Shown: positions 40,870 through 49,350 of the stretch, piece by piece | Numbering within the stretch: position 1 is the first letter of the stretch | Layout of the letters: every line of letters begins with the position of its first letter | Assembly (NCBI GenBank): GCA_963665295.1 | Contig: OY762209.1 | Coordinates: 1,856,001 to 1,920,000, forward strand | Reading direction: 5' to 3' | DNA: 64,000 bases | From: Syntrophorhabdaceae bacterium | GTDB taxonomy: Bacteria > Desulfobacterota > Syntrophorhabdia > Syntrophorhabdales > Syntrophorhabdaceae | Program-made: the position numbers and the translations under genes | Notes under the pieces: model-generated | Database searches by the model: none | What the model saw: only the letters and a program-made list of their open reading frames with translations | What the model was told of the DNA's origin: nothing

Positions 40870-41041
40870 CCCGAACCGCCGAAGCGGAAGATCACCGCAA
40901 GAGAATGAGGCAATCGTCGCCCTTCCCGGCGGCAGGCAGGTCGGGCGTTGCGGTCCATTGCAGATATTGGTTCCCCATCGATCGCCAAAGTGCTATAATC
41001 TTTTGCTCCGGAAAATAACAAAGTCAAGGAGGGAACCCCCC

Positions 41042-43030
41042 ATGCCTGCAAAGGGCTCGAAAACCGCAGCGCTCATCAGCCTCATCGTTTTTGCCCTCGT
41101 ATTTGCGTTCCTGCCCGTGGGCAGCGCTCGCGGCGACTCATCATCGCCGGTGGTGGAATGGTCCCTTGAGGCGGAACTGCTTGTCCCGGTTGACGGGGGT
41201 GTTGACCACATGAGCGCCCTCACCTCGAAACTTAATGCGAATAACGCCAGGTCGGACGCGAGGGTCATCGCTTCCGACGAAAGAGGCGTCACCTATGCCT
41301 TCAAAGCGTCGGGAAAGAGCGACGTGAATGCCCTCCGCTCCGTCCTTTATACGGCCGCCGCGCCCGGGTTCAGACTCCTCGGAGGAGTGACTGAGATGGA
41401 GGTCAGGGGGCGGGCTTTGGGTAAACAGAACACCACCATCATCCTTGAATCAAACCCCTCCACCGGATATGGCTGGAGACTCTCCCCGGGGAGCGCGGTG
41501 ACGCGGAGCGCCCCTGACAGGTACGAACACGCCCGCGGTTATGGTGCTTCTCAACGCCAGATCCTCCTCCTGACCTCGGACGCGACCGGGGAAGCGCCCA
41601 TCAAGCTCGTATATAAACGTTCTTGGGAAGACAGGGTCCCGACGCGGAGTCTGAAACTCTCCTTCCCGCTTTTGCCTGAAAAACTCGACCTCAGCAACCC
41701 CGATACGCCCGTTGCCCCGGTTGTCGCGGAAGAAGACAGGGTGCAGGAGAGCGCCTTTCCTGCCCTTTCCGTGGACCTGCCCTCCCACTTTGACTGGAGG
41801 GAGTCAGGCATTGTCCCCGCAGTCCGCGACCAGGGTTACTGCGGGAGTTGCTGGGCCTTCGGCACCGTGGGGATCATGGAGTCCGCTCTCTGGAAAAACG
41901 GCGTGGCAGACGTGGACCTGTCCGAACAGTTCCTCCTTTCGTGCAACAAGGACAAGTGGAACTGCGAGTCCGGAGGGTTTACCGCCCACAAGTACCACTA
42001 TAACACCACGGGACAGAAGCAGAAGACCGTGGGCGCGGTCCTCGAGGCCGCCAAGCCCTACACCGCAACGGACGGCACCTGCGGTACGACTGACTATAAC
42101 AAGTCCTTCAGGCTGACGGGCTGGAAATTCATTACGGGCTCGGAGAAGACCGTAGCCACGGTTGAACAGATAAAGAACGCCATTTACACCTATGGCCCGG
42201 TCACCGCAGGGGTCTGCGCGGGTAGCGGCTGGGACGATTATGCGGGCGGCGTGTTCTCCACCGACGAAACGTCCGAGTGCTGCGACCCGGGCGAGAAGGG
42301 CTGCACGAACCACCAGATTATCCTCGTGGGCTGGGACGACGAAGAACAATACTGGATACTGCGGAACAGCTGGGGTGAAGGCTGGGGGATAGACGGCTAT
42401 ATGCACATCAGGTACGATATTTCCCGCGTGGGCGAGGGGACCTCATGGGTTACCACCAAAGGCACGCTTACGCCCTCCATAGTCATCGATTCGCCGACCC
42501 TGCCGGATGGCGAGGTCAAGGTGGCCTACGTGACGGCGACCATGTCGGTGGTAAACGGCACGGGCCCCTACAAATGGGCGGCTGCCCCGGGAAGCGCGGT
42601 CCCGGCCGGTCTCAAGCTCAAGACAGGCAAGGATACGAGTATTGTTACCATTTCGGGAACACCTTCCAAGGCGGGTTCCTATAGCTTCACCGTGCGGGTG
42701 ACGGATAAGGACCAGAGGTCGGAAGACCAGGCCCTCACAGTTGTCGTCTATCCGGTACTCGCTGTCTCTCCCGACAAATTACCGAATGCCGTGGTGGGGA
42801 CAGCTTATACGCAGGCCCTCGCAGTCACGGGAGGAAGCGGCGCGGGTTACCAGTATTCAACTGTGGGGAAGACGCCTTCCTGGCTAACGGTGAGTTCTGA
42901 AGGCGTCATTGCAGGCACGCCTACCACGGCGGGAAGCTGTCAGGTCAGTGTGAGGGTAACGGACAGCCTTGGAGGATCGGTCATGAAGAGATACACTATT
43001 AAGGTTGCCAAGGCCCCTGCCGCGTTGTAG
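41042..43030 (+). CDS. Paralogous I42-C1A protease with putative Ig (He_PIG-like) domains
   Basis: Same I42 and C1A motifs; C-terminal LP.G.V..AY...ISGTP..AGSY.FTVRVTD repeats. Confidence 0.9.
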   Translation: MPAKGSKTAALISLIVFALVFAFLPVGSARGDSSSPVVEWSLEAELLVPVDGGVDHMSALTSKLNANNARSDARVIASDERGVTYAFKASGKSDVNALRSVLYTAAAPGFRLLGGVTEMEVRGRALGKQNTTIILESNPSTGYGWRLSPGSAVTRSAPDRYEHARGYGASQRQILLLTSDATGEAPIKLVYKRSWEDRVPTRSLKLSFPLLPEKLDLSNPDTPVAPVVAEEDRVQESAFPALSVDLPSHFDWRESGIVPAVRDQGYCGSCWAFGTVGIMESALWKNGVADVDLSEQFLLSCNKDKWNCESGGFTAHKYHYNTTGQKQKTVGAVLEAAKPYTATDGTCGTTDYNKSFRLTGWKFITGSEKTVATVEQIKNAIYTYGPVTAGVCAGSGWDDYAGGVFSTDETSECCDPGEKGCTNHQIILVGWDDEEQYWILRNSWGEGWGIDGYMHIRYDISRVGEGTSWVTTKGTLTPSIVIDSPTLPDGEVKVAYVTATMSVVNGTGPYKWAAAPGSAVPAGLKLKTGKDTSIVTISGTPSKAGSYSFTVRVTDKDQRSEDQALTVVVYPVLAVSPDKLPNAVVGTAYTQALAVTGGSGAGYQYSTVGKTPSWLTVSSEGVIAGTPTTAGSCQVSVRVTDSLGGSVMKRYTIKVAKAPAAL

Positions 43031-43190
43031 AACGGCCCCTTCCTTCCGGTGCGGGCCTGTCGGTCGAAAGGCGACCGGCAACCCGGGCCTTGCGCCGGCT
43101 AAAGAATTCGGAACTACGGTATGAGGCCGGGTATCCCGGGAGTAATCCGTCGCGAATTTCGGAAGCACGTGCACAATGGAGGGTGGTGTC

Positions 43191-44009
43191 CTAATTTGCC
43201 TTAAGTAAATCCTTCACACTCCAAATATGATCTGTGATTCCTGCGGCCATTGCGGGAGTAACCCTAAGAGAGCTATGTACCCTCACGAAGTTATAATGCG
43301 CGAAGTGGAGCGCTACAGCAGCCTTGAGGTTCTCAAGCTTCTTACTAAAGGCATTAGTCAGACGAGTCAACCGGCGCATTTGCATTCTCATAGTCAGGTT
43401 TTGCCGTTCAATATATGATGTGGATATTTTGGACACATCTGGCCGACCGGATACGACTATCCGATCAGCCTTAATCACGTGCGGGGGGCTATACCTTCCC
43501 GGCCCGATAGGCTCAGCCTCATAGGCTTTTACCACTTGTCCATAATCCACTTCTGCACCGAATGCTAACTCAACCGCATCCACATAAGCGGACAGTGCAT
43601 CACTACTTATCTGCACTCTGTTCTCTAGCCTCTCCGATAGGTCGCTCATAAACGCACAGGCATTTTGAATTGATCTCTTGCCTACCAAATAAGCAGGGAT
43701 GAGCTTGCTATCTGCATCAAGGGCGACCCATACCCATTGATCGCCCACTTCAAACATATTATCGTTTTTAGTAAGGTGCCGTTGTTTCTTCCCAACATAA
43801 CACCATATTTCATCTACCTGGATATTCTCACATTGTAAGTGATTCATTGTGGAATCCATAATGTCTTCGCAATTCTGACCGGTGCGAACCATGAGGCGCA
43901 TAATCGTGTCTCTATGAATACCCGTCATACGCTCGACCGACCGTATAGACGTACCCTCGACTAATGCGCCTATTGCCATTGCCCGTTTCTCTGCCGATAA
44001 AATATTCAT
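43191..44009 (-). CDS. IS1-family-like DDE transposase
   Basis: HTH EGTSIRSVERMTG; IQVDEIW, ISSDAL, STSYIERQNLTMR; stop codon inside the IR; GGAGG RBS. Confidence 0.88.
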   Translation of the reverse strand: MNILSAEKRAMAIGALVEGTSIRSVERMTGIHRDTIMRLMVRTGQNCEDIMDSTMNHLQCENIQVDEIWCYVGKKQRHLTKNDNMFEVGDQWVWVALDADSKLIPAYLVGKRSIQNACAFMSDLSERLENRVQISSDALSAYVDAVELAFGAEVDYGQVVKAYEAEPIGPGRYSPPHVIKADRIVVSGRPDVSKISTSYIERQNLTMRMQMRRLTRLTNAFSKKLENLKAAVALHFAHYNFVRVHSSLRVTPAMAAGITDHIWSVKDLLKAN

Positions 44010-44046
44010 TGCAAAACCTCCCGTTGCCGTATACAATTAGGGATAG

Positions 44047-44116
44047 CGGAGCGCAGGGGTATTGAACCCCTAACGAACGGGTGTAAGCCCCGATCTGAGT
44101 CCCCAACTCGCGCCCC
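44047..44116 (-). ncRNA. tRNA-like structure (non-canonical or pseudo-tRNA) in the transposase leader
   Basis: GGGGCGC/GCGCTCC acceptor, GAGT-TGGGG-ACTC D-like arm, GATCGGG-GCTTACA-CCCGTTC arm, AGGGG-TTCAATA-CCCCT T arm, then G-CTA. Confidence 0.6.
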
Positions 44117-44194
44117 ATGACTTAGTAGGGGAACAGGTTGCTTGGTCAGCTTGTTTCCCTTTTCTTTTTGGTTGGTTATCGACTTCATGCAGAC

Positions 44195-44224
44195 TATTAT
44201 AATAAATTTATTATAATATGTCAA
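44195..44224 (-). promoter_or_regulatory. Perfect sigma70 promoter overlapped by a 24 bp palindrome
   Basis: Minus strand TTGACA(44224-44219)-N17-TATAAT(44201-44196); palindrome TATTATAATAAATTTATTATAATA at 44195-44218. Confidence 0.8.
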
Positions 44225-44265
44225 CAATATACCACTTGAAATTATAATTTTTTTATTATATAGTT

Positions 44266-44646
44266 ATGAAAGAATGGACCTTCAAGGTATTCGTTGAAAA
44301 TGGCTATTGTGACTTCGTTGAAGAGTGGGAGAAGAGACTTCCTACAAAGGCGAAAGCCAAAATGCATTGGCTAATAACGGAGATGCAAAAAATAAAAGAC
44401 TGGACACAAACGAAATATTTTCGTCCCCTCACCAATACGGAGGGAATATGCGAGTTGAGGTTCCAGGTTGGCAACGCGCAATATAGACCTCTAGGTTGTT
44501 TTGGACCTGATGATGGTTGTTTTACCTTGTTGATGGGAGCAAAAGAGGTCGGTGGGAACATTATACCAAAAACTGCTATCTGGACAGCGACAAAAAGAAA
44601 AGTCATGATCGGCAAAGACAGGAGGCATGTCGATGAGTACTATTGA
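44266..44646 (+). CDS. RelE/HigB (Gp49)-like toxin
   Basis: GICELRF...QYRPLGCF...FTLLMGAKE; toxin-first order, overlapping an HTH gene. Confidence 0.7.
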   Translation: MKEWTFKVFVENGYCDFVEEWEKRLPTKAKAKMHWLITEMQKIKDWTQTKYFRPLTNTEGICELRFQVGNAQYRPLGCFGPDDGCFTLLMGAKEVGGNIIPKTAIWTATKRKVMIGKDRRHVDEYY

Positions 44647-45187
44647 TAAACGCAAGAATAGACTATTGGAAGAACTGCAAGACAAAGAATACAGGGACGC
44701 TTATACTTCTGCGGCGGTTGACATTGGAATAGCATTTCAGATAAAGGCGTTAAGAGAGCAAAGACAATGGACTCAGATGGAATTTGGTAAAATAGCGAAA
44801 ATGGCACAAGCAAGAATACATGAGCTAGAAGATCCCGATAGGCCGCCAAGCCTAAGAACATTGAAGAGGTTGGCTAACGCATTTGATGTGGGGTTAATAG
44901 TCAGATTTGTTCCAATAAGCGAAATAGTTAAATATGATCTAGATTTGTCTGATTCTCACTCTATGGCCCTATCCTCTAACTCTGCGGGAGTTAATAGCTA
45001 CAAGGACGATGCTTATTTCAGGAAGCCAGAAGGACAAGATTCTCTTGAACTATTTATGCCTTCTCCCCCCAAAGGGCAATTTCTAGGAGCTGGAGGGAGC
45101 CAAATAATGGATATGGACACGTTTAAGCAGTCCAGAAGCCAAACCGGGTTATCATTGGGTGAAAATAATGAAGCTGCTATCCGTTGA
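44627..45187 (+). CDS. XRE-family HTH protein (HigA-like antitoxin)
   Basis: EYRDAY...IAFQIKALREQRQWTQ...ARIHELE...SLRTLKRLANAFDV.L.VRFVP. Confidence 0.85.
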   Translation: MSMSTIDKRKNRLLEELQDKEYRDAYTSAAVDIGIAFQIKALREQRQWTQMEFGKIAKMAQARIHELEDPDRPPSLRTLKRLANAFDVGLIVRFVPISEIVKYDLDLSDSHSMALSSNSAGVNSYKDDAYFRKPEGQDSLELFMPSPPKGQFLGAGGSQIMDMDTFKQSRSQTGLSLGENNEAAIR

Positions 45188-45827
45188 TCTAGCGCAAGCA
45201 TGGTGGTATGGACAACTGAAAGATTTTAATCCAAGGGGGGCTGCATGGTTGTCCATCCTTACGCCATGGTTATCGGAGGTTTATGGTTTGCAGCCAATGC
45301 AGCCCATAGAAGAGGAAGCTAAACAGGGTGCCATCAAATTTAAGAAGGGAATATACTCTCTTGCTAAAGGAGGGTTACCGATTGAAATAAGCCAATTATC
45401 TTTTTTTCCCGCTGGAATAGGAGCGCAAACATCGCACTCTACAGAAGCCTGTGAAACATTTTTGGTCGATTTGTTTACTAGACTTGCCGTAACTTTTGGT
45501 GTTCTGGAATATAGAGAAGTTATACAACGGAAAAGGTATTTCAGCCAGGTTTGGGTTAATACCGACAAAAACATAGAATTGCTCAACCCCAAACTAAAAG
45601 CGATTACGGAGTACCTTTCTAGCGAGGTTGAGGAAGGAAAGTTAAAGTTTGAAGCAGGCGGTATATCGTTTTGGCCAGACCAAACGGCGAAGTTTCCACC
45701 ATCGGCATTTGTTTTCGAAAGGGCAGGTAATATACCATTTTCGGAAAATAGGTACTTTTCTAGGGCGCCATTGACGACGGATAAACACCTTCATTTGCTA
45801 GAGATGTTGGAGAACATCTTGGCCTGA
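45168..45827 (+). CDS. Hypothetical protein (transposon cargo)
   Basis: Overlaps its neighbours; FERAG...YFSRAPL.T..H..LLE..E C-terminus. Confidence 0.65.
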   Translation: MKLLSVDLAQAWWYGQLKDFNPRGAAWLSILTPWLSEVYGLQPMQPIEEEAKQGAIKFKKGIYSLAKGGLPIEISQLSFFPAGIGAQTSHSTEACETFLVDLFTRLAVTFGVLEYREVIQRKRYFSQVWVNTDKNIELLNPKLKAITEYLSSEVEEGKLKFEAGGISFWPDQTAKFPPSAFVFERAGNIPFSENRYFSRAPLTTDKHLHLLEMLENILA

Positions 45828-46126
45828 TGGATGCCCAACTAAAAGAAACATTAGAAAAGCTTCATAACTGTATTGCCTCCTTCATTGAAGACGTTGTTGT
45901 CGTGGAGAAGTTTGGTAATAAAACGGTGTGGAGCGGCACAGTATCGGTATATGAGATTAAAGGCCATCCCCAAGCCACCAAAGCCTATGCGTGGTCTTCG
46001 CCTATCGAAGGCAGCACAAAGAGACGGTATTATGCCGTGCTTCATATCCCGCCCGTAGATTCTCCGGAGAAGGCGGTAAGGGCGGCGATAGTTCAAGATA
46101 GTCGATCCAAAAGGTTAACATCATAA
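45827..46126 (+). CDS. Small hypothetical protein
   Basis: VWSGTVSVY...GHP.A.KAYAWS...YAVLH.PPVDSP..AVRAAI; TGATG translational coupling. Confidence 0.7.
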   Translation: MDAQLKETLEKLHNCIASFIEDVVVVEKFGNKTVWSGTVSVYEIKGHPQATKAYAWSSPIEGSTKRRYYAVLHIPPVDSPEKAVRAAIVQDSRSKRLTS

Positions 46127-46150
46127 ACATTTACCTTAAGGGAGGTTTAA

Positions 46151-46915
46151 ATGGAACAGTTAGCTTTGATTCCTCACACGGTAGGAACCACACTTATTCA
46201 TCAAAGAGCTATGGATGGTTATGTAAACGCTACCGCCATCTGTAACGCCGCTGGCAAGAAATTCAATGATTATTCAAGGCTCAGCGTTACGAAGGCTTTT
46301 ATAGAAGAGCTTTCCGGGGCGGCGGGAATTCCCGCCGACCTGTTAATCTTCACTGTTACAGATGGTCCGATGCACGGACGTGGAACATGGGTACACCCTG
46401 ACGTGGCGATAAACCTTGGGCAATGGTGTTCCCCTAAATTTGCGGTTGCAGTTTCTCAGTGGGTTAAAGAATGGATTGCCAACCGATCAAAGCCGCAAAA
46501 CATGCCTTACCACATTCAGAGGTATCTGGCTAATAGAGGCGAGATACCTCCCACGCATTTTTCTATGTTGAATGAAATGATTTTTGCCCTAATAGCCCCG
46601 TTAGAGTCTGCGGGGTATACCATTCCCGACGACATGGTTCCTGATATATCGGCAGGAAGAATGTTCTGTAAGTGGCTAAGGGATGAGAAAGACATTGATA
46701 CAGATATGTTGCCCACTTATAGACACGTGTTTGAAGATGGTCGCACCGTCTTCCCCAAACTTTATCCCAATGAGGTCCTTGCTGACTTCAGAGATTATTT
46801 TCACACTAGATGGTTGCCAGAAAAGGCAGAGGCTTATTTTGGGGATCGAGACCCAAAAGCCTTGCCATATCTTAAGAAAGTTCTTCCGAAGGAACCCAAG
46901 AAGTTGAAGTCATGA
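46151..46915 (+). CDS. KilA-N domain protein
   Basis: DGYVNATAIC, GTWVHPDVAINLGQWCSPKF; strong GGAGG RBS. Confidence 0.88.
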   Translation: MEQLALIPHTVGTTLIHQRAMDGYVNATAICNAAGKKFNDYSRLSVTKAFIEELSGAAGIPADLLIFTVTDGPMHGRGTWVHPDVAINLGQWCSPKFAVAVSQWVKEWIANRSKPQNMPYHIQRYLANRGEIPPTHFSMLNEMIFALIAPLESAGYTIPDDMVPDISAGRMFCKWLRDEKDIDTDMLPTYRHVFEDGRTVFPKLYPNEVLADFRDYFHTRWLPEKAEAYFGDRDPKALPYLKKVLPKEPKKLKS

Positions 46916-47061
46916 AATAGCATTTTTTGTGCCACGGAAAGGAACTCTGGATTTCAAATTAGGACACCACCCAATAGAGCATCCTTTTGACATTCGCCCC
47001 CCCTTTCAGGGTATATTAATGGAGTTTTGCTGTTTTCATGATTGATTGCGTGTAACTTTAT

Positions 47062-49296
47062 ATGGCCGAATCCACGAAACCTTTTGACAATACATCTTCC
47101 CCGGGGGAAGTACTCTCCGCATGTTTTGGCTATGAGACCTTCCGCGAGCACCAGGAAGAGGCCATAACCCAGGTCATGGCGGGAAAGGACGCCTTTGTCC
47201 TCATGCCCACGGGGAGTGGGAAATCCATTTGTTACCAGATTCCCGCCATAATGCGTTCGGGGGTGGGCGTGGTGATTTCGCCCCTCATCGCCCTGATGCA
47301 GGACCAGGTGGACGCGGTGCGTCAGTCGGGGGTCCGGGCAGGTTTCCTCAATTCCACCTTGACCTACGGGGAAGCCCGCAGGGTGGAGGAGAAGATGATA
47401 GCGGGCGAGTTGGACCTGCTCTACGTAGCGCCTGAGAGGCTTGTCACGGAGGGCTTCATGAGGGTCCTGGGGGGCACGAAAATAGCGCTCTTCGCCATAG
47501 ATGAAGCCCATTGCGTTTCCCAGTGGGGGCACGATTTCAGGCCCGAATACCTGAAGCTCGGCATCCTTCCGGAACAGTTCCCCCACGTGCCGCGCATTGC
47601 GCTCACGGCCACCGCGGACGAGGTCACGAGAAAGGAGATTATCGAGAAGCTCCACCTCGAAAAGGCGAGGCAGTTCATTTCAAGTTTTGACAGGCCCAAT
47701 ATCCGCTACAGGGTCGAGGTGAAGCAGAACGAGAAGGCCCAGTTGCTGGAGTTCCTCCGCCTGGAGCATCCGGGCCATTCGGGGATCGTTTATTGCATGA
47801 CGAGAAAGAAGGTGGACGAAATCGCGGAGTTCCTTTCCGGTAAAGGTATAACCGCCCTTCCTTATCACGCGGGCCTCGACCGGGATGCGCGGTTGAAGAA
47901 CCAGAGACAATTTCTCGGCGGCGACGGCATAGTCATGGTGGCTACCATAGCCTTCGGCATGGGCATCGACAAGCCCGATGTCCGTTTTGTAGCCCACCTG
48001 AATCTGCCGAAAACCCTGGAGGGTTACTATCAGGAAACGGGCCGCGCAGGGCGTGACGGGGATGCGGCCGACGCCTGGATGATATACAGCCTTGCCGACG
48101 TTATCATCCTGAGGCAGATGCTCGAGGGCTCCCAGGGGGACGAAGAGTACAAGTTCATTCAGCGCCGCAAGATGGAGGCCATGCTGGGCTACTGCGAGAC
48201 TTCGAAGTGCCGCAGGCAGGTGCTCCTCGGTTATTTCGGTGAAGAACTTGCCCTTCCATGCGGGAACTGCGACATGTGCGAGGGGAAGATCGAGACCTGG
48301 GACGGGTCGTCCGTTGCCCGAAAGGCCCTGTCCTGTGTAAAGGAGACGGGCCAGATGTTCGGGTCCCAGTACCTGATTGATGTGCTTATGGGCAAGGAGA
48401 ACGAAAGGATCCGCCGGTTCGGTCATGACAGGACCTCCGTATTCGGAACCGGAAAGGACCTCTCCCTGGCCGAATGGAAATCCGTATTCCGGCAACTGGT
48501 CGCCCAGGGTCTCCTGAGTGTCAGCATTGAGGATAAAGGCGGTTTCAAGCTGACCCCCGCGAGCCGTCCCGTGCTGAAAGGTGAACAAGGGTTCGAGCTT
48601 CGCAAAGACCCGGTCCCCGTGAGAAGCAAGGCAAGGAAGACCGCGGGCAAGGGCGCGGCATCGGCGGGAAAGGAGCGCTCCGGGGCTGCCCCGGGGTCGT
48701 TCCGAAACGAGGTTTTTGAAAAACTGCGCGCCTTGCGGCTCAGGATAGCGAAGGAGCAGGGCGTGCCCCCTTACGTGATATTCCACGACAAGACATTATG
48801 GGAGCTCATAGAGGTGTGTCCCCGGTCCCTGGAAGAGATGAAGGACGTGTCGGGCATAGGCGGGAAGAAGATAGAACAATACGGCGATCTGTTTCTTGAG
48901 GTCATGGTGGAGTGCAGCGAAGGACTCAGGAACGGTTCGGGTCCCGCAGAGCAGGGCGCGGGCCATAGGGCAACGGGTGGTTCGTCCCGTGAGGGCCGGG
49001 AGAACGAGCCTGCCGACACCCCCGTTCCGTGTAACGCCATCTCCATCGAGGAGGCCATCATGTTTATAAAGAAGAGGCCCCTGGTAATGCGCGATGAAGA
49101 GATCGACGATGAGAGTATCCTGAAGATAAGGGAACGATACCGAAGGGCTTATGAACCATGGAGCGCGGACGAAGGGGACTTGCTGCTCAATCTCTATAAC
49201 AGAATAAAGGAGCCCAAGGCGCTGGCCATGATCTTCCAGCGCCAGCCTGACGCGATCGAGTCGCGTATCAGGCAGCTTACCGGATTAAAGAAGTGA
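47062..49296 (+). CDS. recQ: ATP-dependent DNA helicase RecQ
   Basis: PTGSGKS, DEAHCVSQWGHDFRP, QETGRAGRDG, Zn-binding CRR...CGNCD.C, RQC and HRDC domains. Confidence 0.96.
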   Translation: MAESTKPFDNTSSPGEVLSACFGYETFREHQEEAITQVMAGKDAFVLMPTGSGKSICYQIPAIMRSGVGVVISPLIALMQDQVDAVRQSGVRAGFLNSTLTYGEARRVEEKMIAGELDLLYVAPERLVTEGFMRVLGGTKIALFAIDEAHCVSQWGHDFRPEYLKLGILPEQFPHVPRIALTATADEVTRKEIIEKLHLEKARQFISSFDRPNIRYRVEVKQNEKAQLLEFLRLEHPGHSGIVYCMTRKKVDEIAEFLSGKGITALPYHAGLDRDARLKNQRQFLGGDGIVMVATIAFGMGIDKPDVRFVAHLNLPKTLEGYYQETGRAGRDGDAADAWMIYSLADVIILRQMLEGSQGDEEYKFIQRRKMEAMLGYCETSKCRRQVLLGYFGEELALPCGNCDMCEGKIETWDGSSVARKALSCVKETGQMFGSQYLIDVLMGKENERIRRFGHDRTSVFGTGKDLSLAEWKSVFRQLVAQGLLSVSIEDKGGFKLTPASRPVLKGEQGFELRKDPVPVRSKARKTAGKGAASAGKERSGAAPGSFRNEVFEKLRALRLRIAKEQGVPPYVIFHDKTLWELIEVCPRSLEEMKDVSGIGGKKIEQYGDLFLEVMVECSEGLRNGSGPAEQGAGHRATGGSSREGRENEPADTPVPCNAISIEEAIMFIKKRPLVMRDEEIDDESILKIRERYRRAYEPWSADEGDLLLNLYNRIKEPKALAMIFQRQPDAIESRIRQLTGLKK

Positions 49297-49350
49297 CCCT
49301 AGAGTGTTTCAAAGGGGTGAAACATAGGGGAGACGAAAGGGAAAAGACGT

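Larger units (their letters stand above)
43182..46971. mobile_element. IS1-like cargo (transporter) transposon
   Basis: Perfect 17 bp IRs GGTGGTGTCCTAATTTG (43182-43198) and CAAATTAGGACACCACC (46955-46971). Flanks CAATGGAG and CAATAGAG form a 7/8 target duplication. Interior is AT-rich. Confidence 0.88.

Noticed and set aside
44047..44116. Calling the element a functional canonical tRNA or ochre suppressor
   Set aside because: It lacks the U8/A9 linker, U33 and purine-37 in the best-pairing register, and has CTA rather than CCA. It is retained only as tRNA-like.
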